A stretch of 64,000 nucleotides of DNA, taken from NCBI RefSeq assembly GCF_963675065.2, contig NZ_CAXXLR010000001.1, positions 56,550 to 120,549 of the forward strand. The letters run 5' to 3'. The notes under the pieces are model-generated. The model was not told the DNA's origin. It saw only the letters and a program-made list of their open reading frames with translations, and did no database searches. A program made the position numbers and the translations under genes. The DNA comes from an uncultured Draconibacterium sp. (lineage in GTDB: Bacteria > Bacteroidota > Bacteroidia > Bacteroidales > Prolixibacteraceae). Shown piece by piece: positions 8,858-18,378 of the stretch (positions are counted from its first letter, which is position 1; every line of letters starts with the position of its first letter).

Positions 8858-10195
8858 CTAACAAAACAATAAATGGATCATCCAAACCACGAGCATTGAA
8901 GTACATCCACACACCAGGGTTCCTAAGGAATGTAGTTTTAATCCGGTTTTAACGTTCATATTCGAAAACTGTGTCACCACCCAAAAAAAACTGTCATTTA
9001 ATTGGGATACTACCATTGAACCTGCACCAATTGCTGAAATTACAAGGGCTTTTTCCAATGGAGAATCAAATCCTAAAATAAGCATAAGAGGAGCCATAAT
9101 TGAGGCAGTTGTAATAACGGCAACTGTTGATGATCCTTGAGCACTTTTTAACGAGGCTGCTATTATAAACGGCAACCATATACTAAGGTTTATCTCAGAT
9201 AATGAACTACCTAAAATATCGGCTATTCCCGAGTTTCGTAAAACCATTCCGAATGCTCCCCCTGCTCCTGTAATAAGTATTATTACGGCAGAAGACAACA
9301 AGGCTTTGCCCACCCAACCAGTGGTTGAAAGCATAGAGCGCTCGAACTTTTTTGGTAATCGAAAAGCAAAAAACACCCCAATTATTAACGCGATTACCGG
9401 CTCTCCTATAAATCCAAATAAGGTTTTAATAAATCCTGTTCCGAGAGGATTTGTTGGGAAATCAGACAGAGACTTCATAACAATTAATAATAGCGGTATT
9501 ACAATCGGAATAAAAGCCTTTAGCGCAGATGGAGCTTCTTTTGCTTGTTCAATTATCTCCTCTTCACTTTTATCAGGATTGGGATCGATAAACACTTTTG
9601 AGGCAAATTTGGTTGCAAATATCCAGGCAGCCATAACGGCAAAAAAACTCACCACGCCTCCTACCATAATCACCAATCCAATATCAGCATCTAAAATCCC
9701 TGCTGCTGCAATTGGCCCGGGAGTTGGAGGTATCAGACAATGAGTTATGGTAAGGCCAAGCCCCAGAGCAATTGCAGGACCAGCCAACGAAATTTTCGCT
9801 TTTTTTGAAAGTGCTTTGTTTAATGGCGATAATACTATAAACCCAGAATCTGCATAAACAGGGATGGAAACAAAATAACCAAGAATTACCATCGCCAGCG
9901 GAACATGTTTCTCGCCCACCAGTTTCATTAGTTTCTGAGCCATAATATATGCCCCGCCCGATTCTTCTAAAAAAGTACCAATTATGCAGCCTGCTACAAT
10001 CACAATTCCAATGTACCCAATGGTTGTTCCAAACCCGTTATTTACTGATGTAACAATCTCTGGTAAAGGCATACCTGAAAACAATCCGAATCCTATAGCC
10101 GCCAATAACAAAGCCATAAACGGATGCAATTTGAATTTAGTTGTTGAGATAACTATAAATAAAACACTAACTAGTAATAAGATGATTAACAGCAT
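8858..10195 (-). CDS. GntP family (gluconate:H+ symporter-like) permease
   Basis: LHPFMALL, PPTPGP, AQGSSTVA and NDSFFWV GntP motifs. Confidence 0.9.
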   Translation of the reverse strand: MLLIILLLVSVLFIVISTTKFKLHPFMALLLAAIGFGLFSGMPLPEIVTSVNNGFGTTIGYIGIVIVAGCIIGTFLEESGGAYIMAQKLMKLVGEKHVPLAMVILGYFVSIPVYADSGFIVLSPLNKALSKKAKISLAGPAIALGLGLTITHCLIPPTPGPIAAAGILDADIGLVIMVGGVVSFFAVMAAWIFATKFASKVFIDPNPDKSEEEIIEQAKEAPSALKAFIPIVIPLLLIVMKSLSDFPTNPLGTGFIKTLFGFIGEPVIALIIGVFFAFRLPKKFERSMLSTTGWVGKALLSSAVIILITGAGGAFGMVLRNSGIADILGSSLSEINLSIWLPFIIAASLKSAQGSSTVAVITTASIMAPLMLILGFDSPLEKALVISAIGAGSMVVSQLNDSFFWVVTQFSNMNVKTGLKLHSLGTLVCGCTSMLVVWMIHLLFC

Positions 10196-10244
10196 ATCAT
10201 AATGTTTATCGGTTTAATCTTTCACACGATTAACGCCTATTGTT

Positions 10245-10520
10245 TACTTCCAGATCGCACACAAACCTTCATTTCCCCCCAAAAGGGTCCTAATCAGGAA
10301 TAGCGACACCAGCAATATTTTTGATTGCTTCCTCCCTTTCTTTTGCTTCTCCACGCAGTAAATCGACCTAACTTCCCAGAGGATATGCACCTACTACTCC
10401 AAGGTTACTGCTTCCCAAATTTTTATGTCCTACACCAGCAGGGATAATTATTATATCACCGGCTTCAACCTCCACTTACTGTCCTTTTTCTCCTCACAGT
10501 TGAACCATCGCTTTTCCAGA
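10245..10520 (-). pseudogene. Decayed YjlB-like cupin gene
   Basis: Minus strand reads MVQL*GEKGQ*VEVEAGDIIIIPAGVGHKNLGSSNLGVVGAYPLGS*VDLLRGE...IPD*DP, with at least 4 in-frame stops. Confidence 0.75.
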
Positions 10521-10563
10521 ATATTTCTGACACGATCTTCTATTTGCTTGTACTGATTATTCG

Positions 10564-11214
10564 CTATTTCAGTAATTCTTTTGTGGTACCGGCCAGTGTT
10601 TCGAGCAGCAAACAACACGATGTTGCACCGGCATCCAACACGCCACGTGAGCGCTCTCCCAAACGACTGGCACGCCCCAGTTGCGCAATCATATCCTTAG
10701 TTGAATCGCGTCCAATAATGGCTGCTTCTTTCATCTCATCCAATGCCTTGTCGAATGCTTTTCCCTCTGCCTGAGCTATTTTGTAGGCTTCAACAGCGGG
10801 TACCAGCGTATCCATTAATGTTTTATCACCTGGCTTAGCCGGCGATATGCTCTGAATTGAGCTTAACATCCCCTCCAAAGCTGCACCCATTTCCTGGATA
10901 CCGATTTGTTCCTTTCCCGTGAGTTCTTTGGCAAAACCACGATACAGTTTTCCGTAAAGCGGCCCCATAGAACCTCCGATTTTCATCATTAATATTTTTG
11001 AAAGGGTTTTTGCAGCATGCGCCAGATCACCGGGATTATTATCCAGTTCTTCTTTACACATCTGAAATCCTTTGTTCATGTTGATACCATGGTCGCCATC
11101 GCCTATCAGACCATCGATGTCGCTGAGGTATTGCTTGTTCTCTTTGATGACCAGAATCATTTTTTCAATGATCAGGGCTCCCTCTTTATTCGTGAATGTT
11201 TTCATTTTTGCCAA
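10564..11214 (-). CDS. dhaL: Dihydroxyacetone/erythrulose kinase subunit L
   Basis: GDGDHGINM, GGSMGPLYG, GDKTLMD, GRASRLGERS..DAGA. Confidence 0.9.
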   Translation of the reverse strand: MAKMKTFTNKEGALIIEKMILVIKENKQYLSDIDGLIGDGDHGINMNKGFQMCKEELDNNPGDLAHAAKTLSKILMMKIGGSMGPLYGKLYRGFAKELTGKEQIGIQEMGAALEGMLSSIQSISPAKPGDKTLMDTLVPAVEAYKIAQAEGKAFDKALDEMKEAAIIGRDSTKDMIAQLGRASRLGERSRGVLDAGATSCCLLLETLAGTTKELLK

Positions 11215-11217
11215 ATT

Positions 11218-12222
11218 TTATCGTTGGAACTGACGCATGCCAACCGAGTCGCATTCATAATCCATACATTCCTTCAGCTCGTCATCCAGTTTCATTAAAG
11301 TACAGGTAACCCCTGCCATCTCAAGCGACGTAAAATAATTGCCCACATACGACAGATATACTTTTATTCCCTTTTCTGCCAATATTTTTTCAACATCGTT
11401 AAAAACAATGTACTGCTCCATAACCGGAGTTGAACCCAAACCTGATATTAAAACAACAACTTCATCGCCACTTTTAAAAGGAAGATCCGGTAGGATTACA
11501 TCGCAAAAACGTTGTGCTATTTTTGCTGAAGGTTCCAATTTACAAACTTCGATACCCGGTTCACCATGATGCCCAATACCTACTTCCATTGTCCCTTCTT
11601 CAATTTTAAAATTAGGGTGTCCGACTTCAGGAATGGCACATGGTGCTAATCCTATTCCCATGCTTCTGGTATTATCAATTGCTTTTTGTGCAACTGTGAT
11701 CACTTCATCCAATGAAGCTCCCATTGCCGCTTTTGCTCCACCAACTTTCCACATCAAAATTTCGCCGGCTACACCTCTGCGCTTTGCTTCCTGCCCCTTC
11801 GGAGCCGATGGTACATCGTCGTTGGCTACTACTTTTTTAACCTCAATATCATCGTCCTCAGCTTCATCCATTGCCATGGCCACATTCATATTATCGCCGG
11901 CATAATTCCCATATAACAGCGCGACTCCTTTTCCTCCATCGGCAGCTTTAATGGCATCGTAAAACATTTGTGCAGGAGGCGATGAAAATATTTCACCACA
12001 GGCAGCAGCATCAACCATATTTCGCCCCACATAACCAACAAATGCAGGTTTATGTCCCGATCCTCCTCCGGTTACAATTCCTACTTTGCCTTCAATGGGT
12101 GCATCTTTGTATTTAATTACCCGGTCGTTCTCGGTTGGTCTAACCAAATCGGAATGTACTTTTACATACGCTTCCAGCATTTCATCCACTACTTTTGACG
12201 GGTCGTTGATAAACTTTTGCAT
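11218..12222 (-). CDS. dhaK: Dihydroxyacetone/erythrulose kinase subunit K
   Basis: GGGSGH, GEIFSSP, NYAGD, GIGHHGEPG. Confidence 0.9.
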   Translation of the reverse strand: MQKFINDPSKVVDEMLEAYVKVHSDLVRPTENDRVIKYKDAPIEGKVGIVTGGGSGHKPAFVGYVGRNMVDAAACGEIFSSPPAQMFYDAIKAADGGKGVALLYGNYAGDNMNVAMAMDEAEDDDIEVKKVVANDDVPSAPKGQEAKRRGVAGEILMWKVGGAKAAMGASLDEVITVAQKAIDNTRSMGIGLAPCAIPEVGHPNFKIEEGTMEVGIGHHGEPGIEVCKLEPSAKIAQRFCDVILPDLPFKSGDEVVVLISGLGSTPVMEQYIVFNDVEKILAEKGIKVYLSYVGNYFTSLEMAGVTCTLMKLDDELKECMDYECDSVGMRQFQR

Positions 12223-12352
12223 GACGATATTATTTTTTGATTGAGTAATTCATATTGATTGAGCTTTCCATATTCTTTTCTCATCCCTCTGTCTTCAGCA
12301 TTAGACTCTTTGACAGGAGAATAGTTTAGCAGTATTTAAGCTTTTGTTTTTA

Positions 12353-12814
12353 CTACACTTTTGGATGAAATGATTTTTTTTCCAGCTCGCGCATTTGTGC
12401 CACTTTTGGTGTTGAGCCTCCACCGGCAAACTCAGAAACCAGCCATGCATCGATTATGGTTTTAGCCAGTTCAGGGCCAATCACCCTTTCACCCATTGTA
12501 ATAACCTGAGCATCATTACTTTTGCGTAATCTTTCAGCTGAAAAAACATCGTGGCATGTTCCGGCGAACACGCCTTCAACTTTATTGGCAATCATAGCCA
12601 TACCCAATCCGGTTCCACAAATGCTAATCCCGCGGTCGTAATTTCCGGTAGCAACTTCTTTTGCCAGGTTAAAACCAATTTCAGGATACATGGCATTTTC
12701 TTTGCCTTCTGAATAATTCAAATCGGTGATATCGACACCTTTATTTTTGAGATGTTCGAAAAGTACTTTTTTCAGGTTTACTGCTGCATCATCGCAGTCG
12801 ATACATATTTTCAT
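12353..12814 (-). CDS. rpiB: RpiB/LacA-LacB family isomerase, DerI (D-erythrulose-4-P isomerase)-like
   Basis: ICGTGLG; HD.FSAER..SNDAQV..GERVIG.ELAK resembles the DerI subgroup more than canonical RpiB (NDAN). Confidence 0.8.
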   Translation of the reverse strand: MKICIDCDDAAVNLKKVLFEHLKNKGVDITDLNYSEGKENAMYPEIGFNLAKEVATGNYDRGISICGTGLGMAMIANKVEGVFAGTCHDVFSAERLRKSNDAQVITMGERVIGPELAKTIIDAWLVSEFAGGGSTPKVAQMRELEKKSFHPKV

Positions 12815-12869
12815 GTTTGTTTTATTTGAAATTCAATCTGTTAGTTGAAAATTTATCTCAGATTAAATA

Positions 12870-13460
12870 CTATTGGCATGGGTAAAACTTTATGTTTCGC
12901 TTAAATGAATATGCAATATAAGGCTTTTTGGATATGCAACAATAACCTGAACCATTAGTTATGTATAATGCTGCAATTCTCTGATTGTTATTTATTAGAT
13001 TAAATTCTTCCATTGTTTTATATCCCAAAGCAGAGTTATTGCTTTTGATTTCCGTTAATATGCTCAAGTTGAAGGTTTGCAATATCATTGAAATCCCGCT
13101 ACATAATTAATTAAAAATGAAAATATCTCTTGCGAACTGAACAGACTCTTTTCTTGTCTCAAATTGACTTTAATAATTTACTGAGATTGTTAAGGGGAAA
13201 ATTTTGATTGTCTGCACCTAAGTTTAACAGTAGTTTTTGTAACTCCGTTACCTTGTTTAGAATGATTTGCTGAATATACCTTACATCAGGACAAGTAGGC
13301 TTAGGACGGTTCTTTTTAAAGTCCCAGTCACTTTGGTTTACAGAGATACCCAGACTTTTGTATTTCCGCCTACCATCTTTGTTTACTTGCAACATTAGCG
13401 GATTCTCGCCATTAGCAAGGTTTTTAGACTTAAAACAAATGACTGAAATTGAAGCAATCG
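12870..13460 (-). pseudogene. Truncated tyrosine integrase (Arm-DNA-binding N-terminus, then decay)
   Basis: ASISVICFKSKNLANGENPLMLQVNKDGRRKYKSLGISV...WDFKKNRPK, typical of Bacteroidetes integrase N-termini; frameshifts and stops follow; no catalytic domain. Confidence 0.75.
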
Positions 13461-13504
13461 GGATATAAAACGGGTTACATTCTCCGTTAAACCTGTGTAA
13501 AAAA

Positions 13505-13568
13505 GAAAAATCAGCCAAACACTTCAAAGTGCGCTAGCTGATTTTAAGTACCCCGGACGGGATTCGAA
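13505..13568 (-). mobile_element. att-like tRNA 3' end (TTCGAATCCCGTCCGGGGTAC) plus hairpin in front of the integrase
   Basis: 21-bp T-loop/T-stem/acceptor strand at 13548-13568 without the rest of a tRNA; followed by the AAAATCAGC...GCTGATTTT hairpin. Confidence 0.65.
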
Positions 13569-14401
13569 TATTTTCTATAACTAACTCAATTAGTGGCAAT
13601 TAAAATCTCAAATGATTATAGGTATCGATTAAGTCTCTCTTCGAAATATCCCATAATGTTTCTCCTAAGTTAGGAATTTTTTGAATAAAATTTAAATAGA
13701 AATATTGAAATTACAATTAAATAAATATGCTTTAGAATACTCGAGTTCAACATTGTATAAATTTTTAATACTTCGGAAAAAGATTTGGGGGCTTCATTAG
13801 CATTATAAATAGAAATTCATGGAAAGAGAAGCTGATTTACTTTTCTTCTTTGTGGAAACTGGTACCACCAGTTTAGGATTTGAATCCTGATGATCCAAAA
13901 TATAATTAACAGCTTTCTGATCCAAACTAGAAGTCATTACTAATTTTTTCTTTTGTAAGTAACTGTCATAACCTGTGAGTAAATTCGTTGAAAATCATTT
14001 TTTTATTATCCCATTGGTTTCTACTTCCTCATAATAGATAATACGTTTTAACTGTTAAGACTTTAATTCGCAGAATTAATCAAGCTTTTAATCGCCAGAT
14101 TAAAAGTCCCTGCCGGACAGGCACAAGCGATTTTGTGAAACAAAGTCACATCTTGCCAACCCCTCCCCCACCAGCAATAGCAAGGACTTCGGGCTTGCGA
14201 AAAAAAAGAGAAACGGTTTTACCCGTTCCTATTTCAAAATTCTGGCATAGCCATTTTATATTTGGATGTAAAGGCTGCAACTATTATAACAACCATTAAA
14301 AACAGGCTGTTTTAATTTTATTTGTTAAAATAAAATATTCCCAAAAAGAAGAGAAAAGAAGAAAAAAAAAGAGAAGAAAGCCCTGGGAACCGCCATCCGG
14401 G

Positions 14402-14494
14402 GATAAAAAGCAAGGCTGGCCCGTCCCTGTTAACGTTTAAAATCAAACTTTTAGATTAGTATGACGGGACATTTATTTAGCCTTGCGGTTTATC
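14402..14494. other. Nested long hairpin in decayed mobile DNA
   Basis: GATAAA/TTTATC, GCAAGGCT/AGCCTTGC and CCCGTC/GACGGG nested stems. Confidence 0.5.
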
Positions 14495-14888
14495 GGGCGT
14501 TGGCCTTGGTGGAGCATGGTGATCTTTGGGCGTCTTTTTTTGTTTTCAACCTTTTAAAAATTAATACCAATTAAATCGATACGTGTGCCGGGGCGGTTCA
14601 AGTGCAGAACTGAAGTGCAACAGAAGGATGGCTCTTTGACGTGCAGTGCCTAAAGGCTTTTTTCATTGTAAGTGCGAGACCAGTACACTTTTACCGTGAG
14701 TAAGCGAACAGGTTTAGGGAATATCGGAGACCATCAGGGGAAATGGCCGTGGCATGGGAGAAATACTCAACACCGGTAAAGTTATTGAGCGAGTTGGCTA
14801 AAGGCAAGTGCATTTCTGCTGCGAACGTTTTGTCATGCTTGAAAAAAGAAAGTATTATATCTACTTAATGTGGTTGCTATTTGGCGAG

Positions 14889-14927
14889 AATGTGTGAATA
14901 GTGTAACTCTTTTTCAGAATTGTGTAA
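14889..14927 (+). promoter_or_regulatory. Repeat box #2
   Basis: AATGTGTGAA TAGTGTAA N13 TTGTGTAA; -7-like GATCTTGT at 14950. Confidence 0.8.
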
Positions 14928-15017
14928 TACTTCCTAACAGTATAGTTATGATCTTGTTGTTGTGAAAAATTATTCACTACTGTCTCGCCAGTTGCGAGAA
15001 TTTAATTTAAACAGTTT

Positions 15018-15470
15018 ATGAAAATGCAAAATATAAACCGACCGATAAAAAGTATCTTTTTGGTAGTTTTTGCGGTTATGATGATAGTTCCACTCACATC
15101 GTGTGCAAAAAAGTTCACTTTTTTAAGTTCAACTGTTGTACCGGGAGCTGATGGATATGTTAAGGTAAAAAAGGATAAGAATAAGAATTATATTGTAAAA
15201 ATAGAAGTGTCGGATTTAGCTGAAGTAGAAAGGGTTCAACCAACAAAAACAACTTATGTTGTTTGGATGGAAACCGATGAGGGTAATGCCGAAAATCTTG
15301 GACAATTAAAAAGCTCCACAAGTTTTTTATCAAAACGCCATACTGCGTCTTTGGAAACGGCATCTTCTTTTAAGCCGGTAAAAGTATTTATTACAACCGA
15401 AAATGGAACAAACGTGCAATATCCGGGCCGGCAGGTGGTACTTACCACAGAAGATTTTACTGTGAAATAG
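15018..15470 (+). CDS. Hypothetical lipoprotein
   Basis: Signal peptide with lipobox LTSC. Confidence 0.75.
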   Translation: MKMQNINRPIKSIFLVVFAVMMIVPLTSCAKKFTFLSSTVVPGADGYVKVKKDKNKNYIVKIEVSDLAEVERVQPTKTTYVVWMETDEGNAENLGQLKSSTSFLSKRHTASLETASSFKPVKVFITTENGTNVQYPGRQVVLTTEDFTVK

Positions 15471-15504
15471 ATATTTATGCCTTCGACAAACAATTAAACA
15501 ATTC

Positions 15505-15531
15505 AAAAGGCAGCCACATGGTTGCCTTTTT
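15505..15531 (+). terminator. Intrinsic terminator
   Basis: aaaaggcagcc-acat-ggttgcctttt followed by T. Confidence 0.75.
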
Positions 15532-15551
15532 GCATTTTGCAATTCAGCTAA

Positions 15552-15590
15552 AATGTGAGAATGATGTAACTCAAATCGAAAATTGTGTAA
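15552..15590 (+). promoter_or_regulatory. Repeat box #3
   Basis: AATGTGAGAA TGATGTAA N13 TTGTGTAA; GATCTTTG at 15613. Confidence 0.85.
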
Positions 15591-15657
15591 AACATTTTAT
15601 TGGGTAGAACCTGATCTTTGGGAAGTAGAATTTAGTAGCAATTTTAAATGAATTATT

Positions 15658-15836
15658 ATGTTTAACTATTCTTGTTGTTGTTGGAGTTGTTGGAGTTATC
15701 CTATGACTCATAAACAACTACATTCCGATGCAACGCACTATTAAAAATATTCTTAATGCCGTGGTTGTAATTATTCTGGTAATATGGTTGCTGAAAGAAT
15801 TTGGTGTGCTGGATAGTTTGAAGAATATCCGAATTC
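15658..15836 (+). pseudogene. Decayed copy of the Thivi_2564-family small membrane protein gene
   Basis: Nearly colinear with 21562-21747 (NNYIPMQRTIKNILNAVVVIILVIWLLK) but with a 5' frameshift and a TGG>TGA stop. Confidence 0.8.
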
Positions 15837-16044
15837 AATTTCAGTATCTTAGGCTGTAAACTACTGCTGATAGATAATTGAAATATTCAGACAATTTTTC
15901 ATGAGATATCGATATCCGTTGGATTTAAAAGATTGGGGTTTGTAAAGTGGTTGGATGATGAGCCCATCTTCAGTTTTGTGTAATACTATCTCAAATAAAA
16001 ATCCAACCATTATATGAGGAAATTTAATCACAAAAATTATTACA

Positions 16045-16263
16045 ATGAAAAAAACTTTGGGAATTATACTAATTGTAATTGGACTATTAATGATGGTGTA
16101 TACCGGATTTAACTACATCACAAAAGAGAAGGTGGTGGATTTGGGTCCCATTGAAATTAATGCCGAAGAAAGCCATACCGTTAAATGGCCGCCTATTGTT
16201 GGAGTTATTTTTATTGTTGGAGGCATCGTTGTAATTGCACTCGATAAAAAGGCTCGAATTTAG
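16045..16263 (+). CDS. Small 2-TM membrane protein (DUF3185-like)
   Basis: Two TM helices around EKVVDLGPIEI. Confidence 0.7.
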   Translation: MKKTLGIILIVIGLLMMVYTGFNYITKEKVVDLGPIEINAEESHTVKWPPIVGVIFIVGGIVVIALDKKARI

Positions 16264-16288
16264 TGCCGTGTAATAATTGAAGTTTCTA

Positions 16289-16346
16289 AATGTGTGAAGA
16301 ATGTAATTTATTATTCAGTATTAGTAGTAGTATTAGTAGTAGTAGT
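16289..16346 (+). promoter_or_regulatory. Repeat box #4, second half replaced by a (TAG)n microsatellite
   Basis: AATGTGTGAA GAATGTAA ... agtattagtagtagtattagtagtagtagta. Confidence 0.65.
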
Positions 16347-16416
16347 ACACAGCAATTAAAGTATAAAATTGTTACAATCTTGTACCTATGATTTAGGTAT
16401 AATAAAGTTAAAAATA

Positions 16417-16602
16417 ATGAGTATCATAGAATTAGAAGGAAGCTGGGAAGAAAAGAAGGGTAAACTCAAACAGAGATTTGAAGTATTAACACACGATGAC
16501 CTTATGTTTGCTGGAGGAAATATTGAAGTACTGTATGATAAACTTCAAATAAAGCTAGGCTTAACAAAAGCAGAATTTCAAGAAATTATTGAATCACTAT
16601 AA
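16417..16602 (+). CDS. csbD: CsbD-family general stress protein
   Basis: EGSWEEKKGKLKQRFEVLTHDDL; probable ATG at 16417. Confidence 0.8.
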   Translation: MSIIELEGSWEEKKGKLKQRFEVLTHDDLMFAGGNIEVLYDKLQIKLGLTKAEFQEIIESL

Positions 16603-16631
16603 TCTGTTATATAATTTTAAAAAATCACAAA

Positions 16632-16967
16632 ATGAAAAAGGCAATTTTTTTTGTAATCGTAATGATTTTGGCAATGAGTTCGGCTATGGCATTTGCAAGT
16701 CCCAAGGATGTAAAAACAGATGCTGAAAAGTCTGCTGTTCCTGTAAAAACCGAAAACAAATTGTCGGAAGCGGAAATTACCCGTTTGACAAAACGTGTTG
16801 AAGAAATCCGGGATTTGGATAAATCAGAAATGAATACCAAAGAACGGAAAGAACTGAGAAAAGAACTGAAAGAGATTAAGAAGAATGTTAAGAATAGCGG
16901 AGGAACCGTTGTTATTAGTGGTGCTGCCCTCGTTTTAATTATTATTCTGATTATCCTTTTGGTTTGA
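16632..16967 (+). CDS. Hypothetical exported helical protein with C-terminal TM anchor
   Basis: Signal peptide, coiled coil (KRVEEIRDLDKS...RKELKEIKK), hydrophobic C-terminus. Confidence 0.75.
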   Translation: MKKAIFFVIVMILAMSSAMAFASPKDVKTDAEKSAVPVKTENKLSEAEITRLTKRVEEIRDLDKSEMNTKERKELRKELKEIKKNVKNSGGTVVISGAALVLIIILIILLV

Positions 16968-17179
16968 TTAAATGTTTTTTAACCTGAGTTACTGATAACT
17001 ACTTTATTTTATTAGAGAGGATTCACTTAGGATAAGAATTTCCCCGAAATCAGCTCCTCAATCAAGACAATGAAAACGAGTAATTTTCAAAAGCAGGGTT
17101 GTTTGATGAAAAGATTTCGTGGGATATAAATCTAAAAGTTAAAGTTTAGTTAGATACAATGCATTCAAAATCCGAGTAG

Positions 17180-18325
17180 ATGAAAACTCTTTCAAAAATA
17201 CTTGCTGTACTGCTTTTAATAAACATTTATGCTCTGTTTTCAGCTCAATCGTTATCAGCACAGCAAGGACCGGAATTTGTCAGTTTCCGGGTTTTTTATG
17301 ATGAATTAAGTCCTTATGGATTTTGGGTCAACTATCCGAATTACAATTACGTTTGGATTCCCAATGTAGATGCCCATTTTACTCCTTACTCAACTGCCGG
17401 ACAATGGGTAATGACAGAATATGGCTGGACCTGGGTGTCGAGTTATTCCTGGGGCTGGGCGGCATTTCATTACGGACGTTGGGATTACGATGATTATTAT
17501 GGATGGTTTTGGATTCCTGACAATGAATGGGGGCCATCGTGGGTTGTCTGGAGAAAAGCCCATGGCTATTATGGGTGGGCGCCTCTGAGGCCGGGAATGA
17601 ACAGCAACATGAATTTCGGTAGCAAATACGATGATAATATCCATTGGAATTTTGTACAATACAGCGATTTTGGGAAATCAAATATTGGAACTTATGTTGT
17701 TGACAATTCCACCTATAACAATTTAATAAGAAGCTCTTCCGTAATAAACAATACATACAACGATAACAGACGCAACGTAAGTTATATTTCAGGCCCTTCA
17801 TTACGACAGGTTCAACGGACATCGGGCAGGGAAATGGGGAGGGTTGCAATAACGGATTACAACAGGCCCGGACAAGTATTTGAAAACAATCGATTGCAAT
17901 TATACAGACCATTGATAGAAAAAAACACGGGCATGAACAAAAGGTTGGAGCCATCGAAAATAACAGACCTCCTGTATGTAAAATCACCACAAGAGCGAGT
18001 TGATTTTTATCAACGTGGGGCAATAACGCCCAAAGATGAATTGAGAAATAAAAAACAAATCAGGCCATTGGAGGCCGAAAGAATAAACCAACAGCATCAG
18101 AATCAATTCCTGTATATAACACGACTAAACAAATACAAAATTCGACGGATTAGATCCATTCAGGAGATTGAGTTCCGATCGCAGGAAAAACAACTACTTC
18201 AACCGATGAACCTCCACAATAAGAATAATGTTGCCCCGCCAGTCAATGCGCAAAAAAGATCGAAAACAACAGGAGAAAGAAGACAACAGGAGCCCGACAA
18301 ACAAAGAGAAAGACGTAACAAATAG
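17180..18325 (+). CDS. DUF6600-like Trp/Tyr-rich exported protein
   Basis: FYDELSPYGFW, WGWAAFHYGRW, WGPSWVVW, GWAPL; low-complexity C-terminus. Confidence 0.75.
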   Translation: MKTLSKILAVLLLINIYALFSAQSLSAQQGPEFVSFRVFYDELSPYGFWVNYPNYNYVWIPNVDAHFTPYSTAGQWVMTEYGWTWVSSYSWGWAAFHYGRWDYDDYYGWFWIPDNEWGPSWVVWRKAHGYYGWAPLRPGMNSNMNFGSKYDDNIHWNFVQYSDFGKSNIGTYVVDNSTYNNLIRSSSVINNTYNDNRRNVSYISGPSLRQVQRTSGREMGRVAITDYNRPGQVFENNRLQLYRPLIEKNTGMNKRLEPSKITDLLYVKSPQERVDFYQRGAITPKDELRNKKQIRPLEAERINQQHQNQFLYITRLNKYKIRRIRSIQEIEFRSQEKQLLQPMNLHNKNNVAPPVNAQKRSKTTGERRQQEPDKQRERRNK

Positions 18326-18378
18326 AAAATATAGTACTCGTTAAAATAGGAAATGTTATTTGCAGTCCAACGTCAGTA

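Noticed and set aside
13600-14070. Possible decayed ORF on the minus strand
   Set aside because: Only short stop-interrupted peptides with no recognisable family.
14109-14123. CCTGCC..CAGGCA mini-palindrome (also partial at ~36251 and ~26550)
   Set aside because: Too short and incomplete to call as a REP family from this window.
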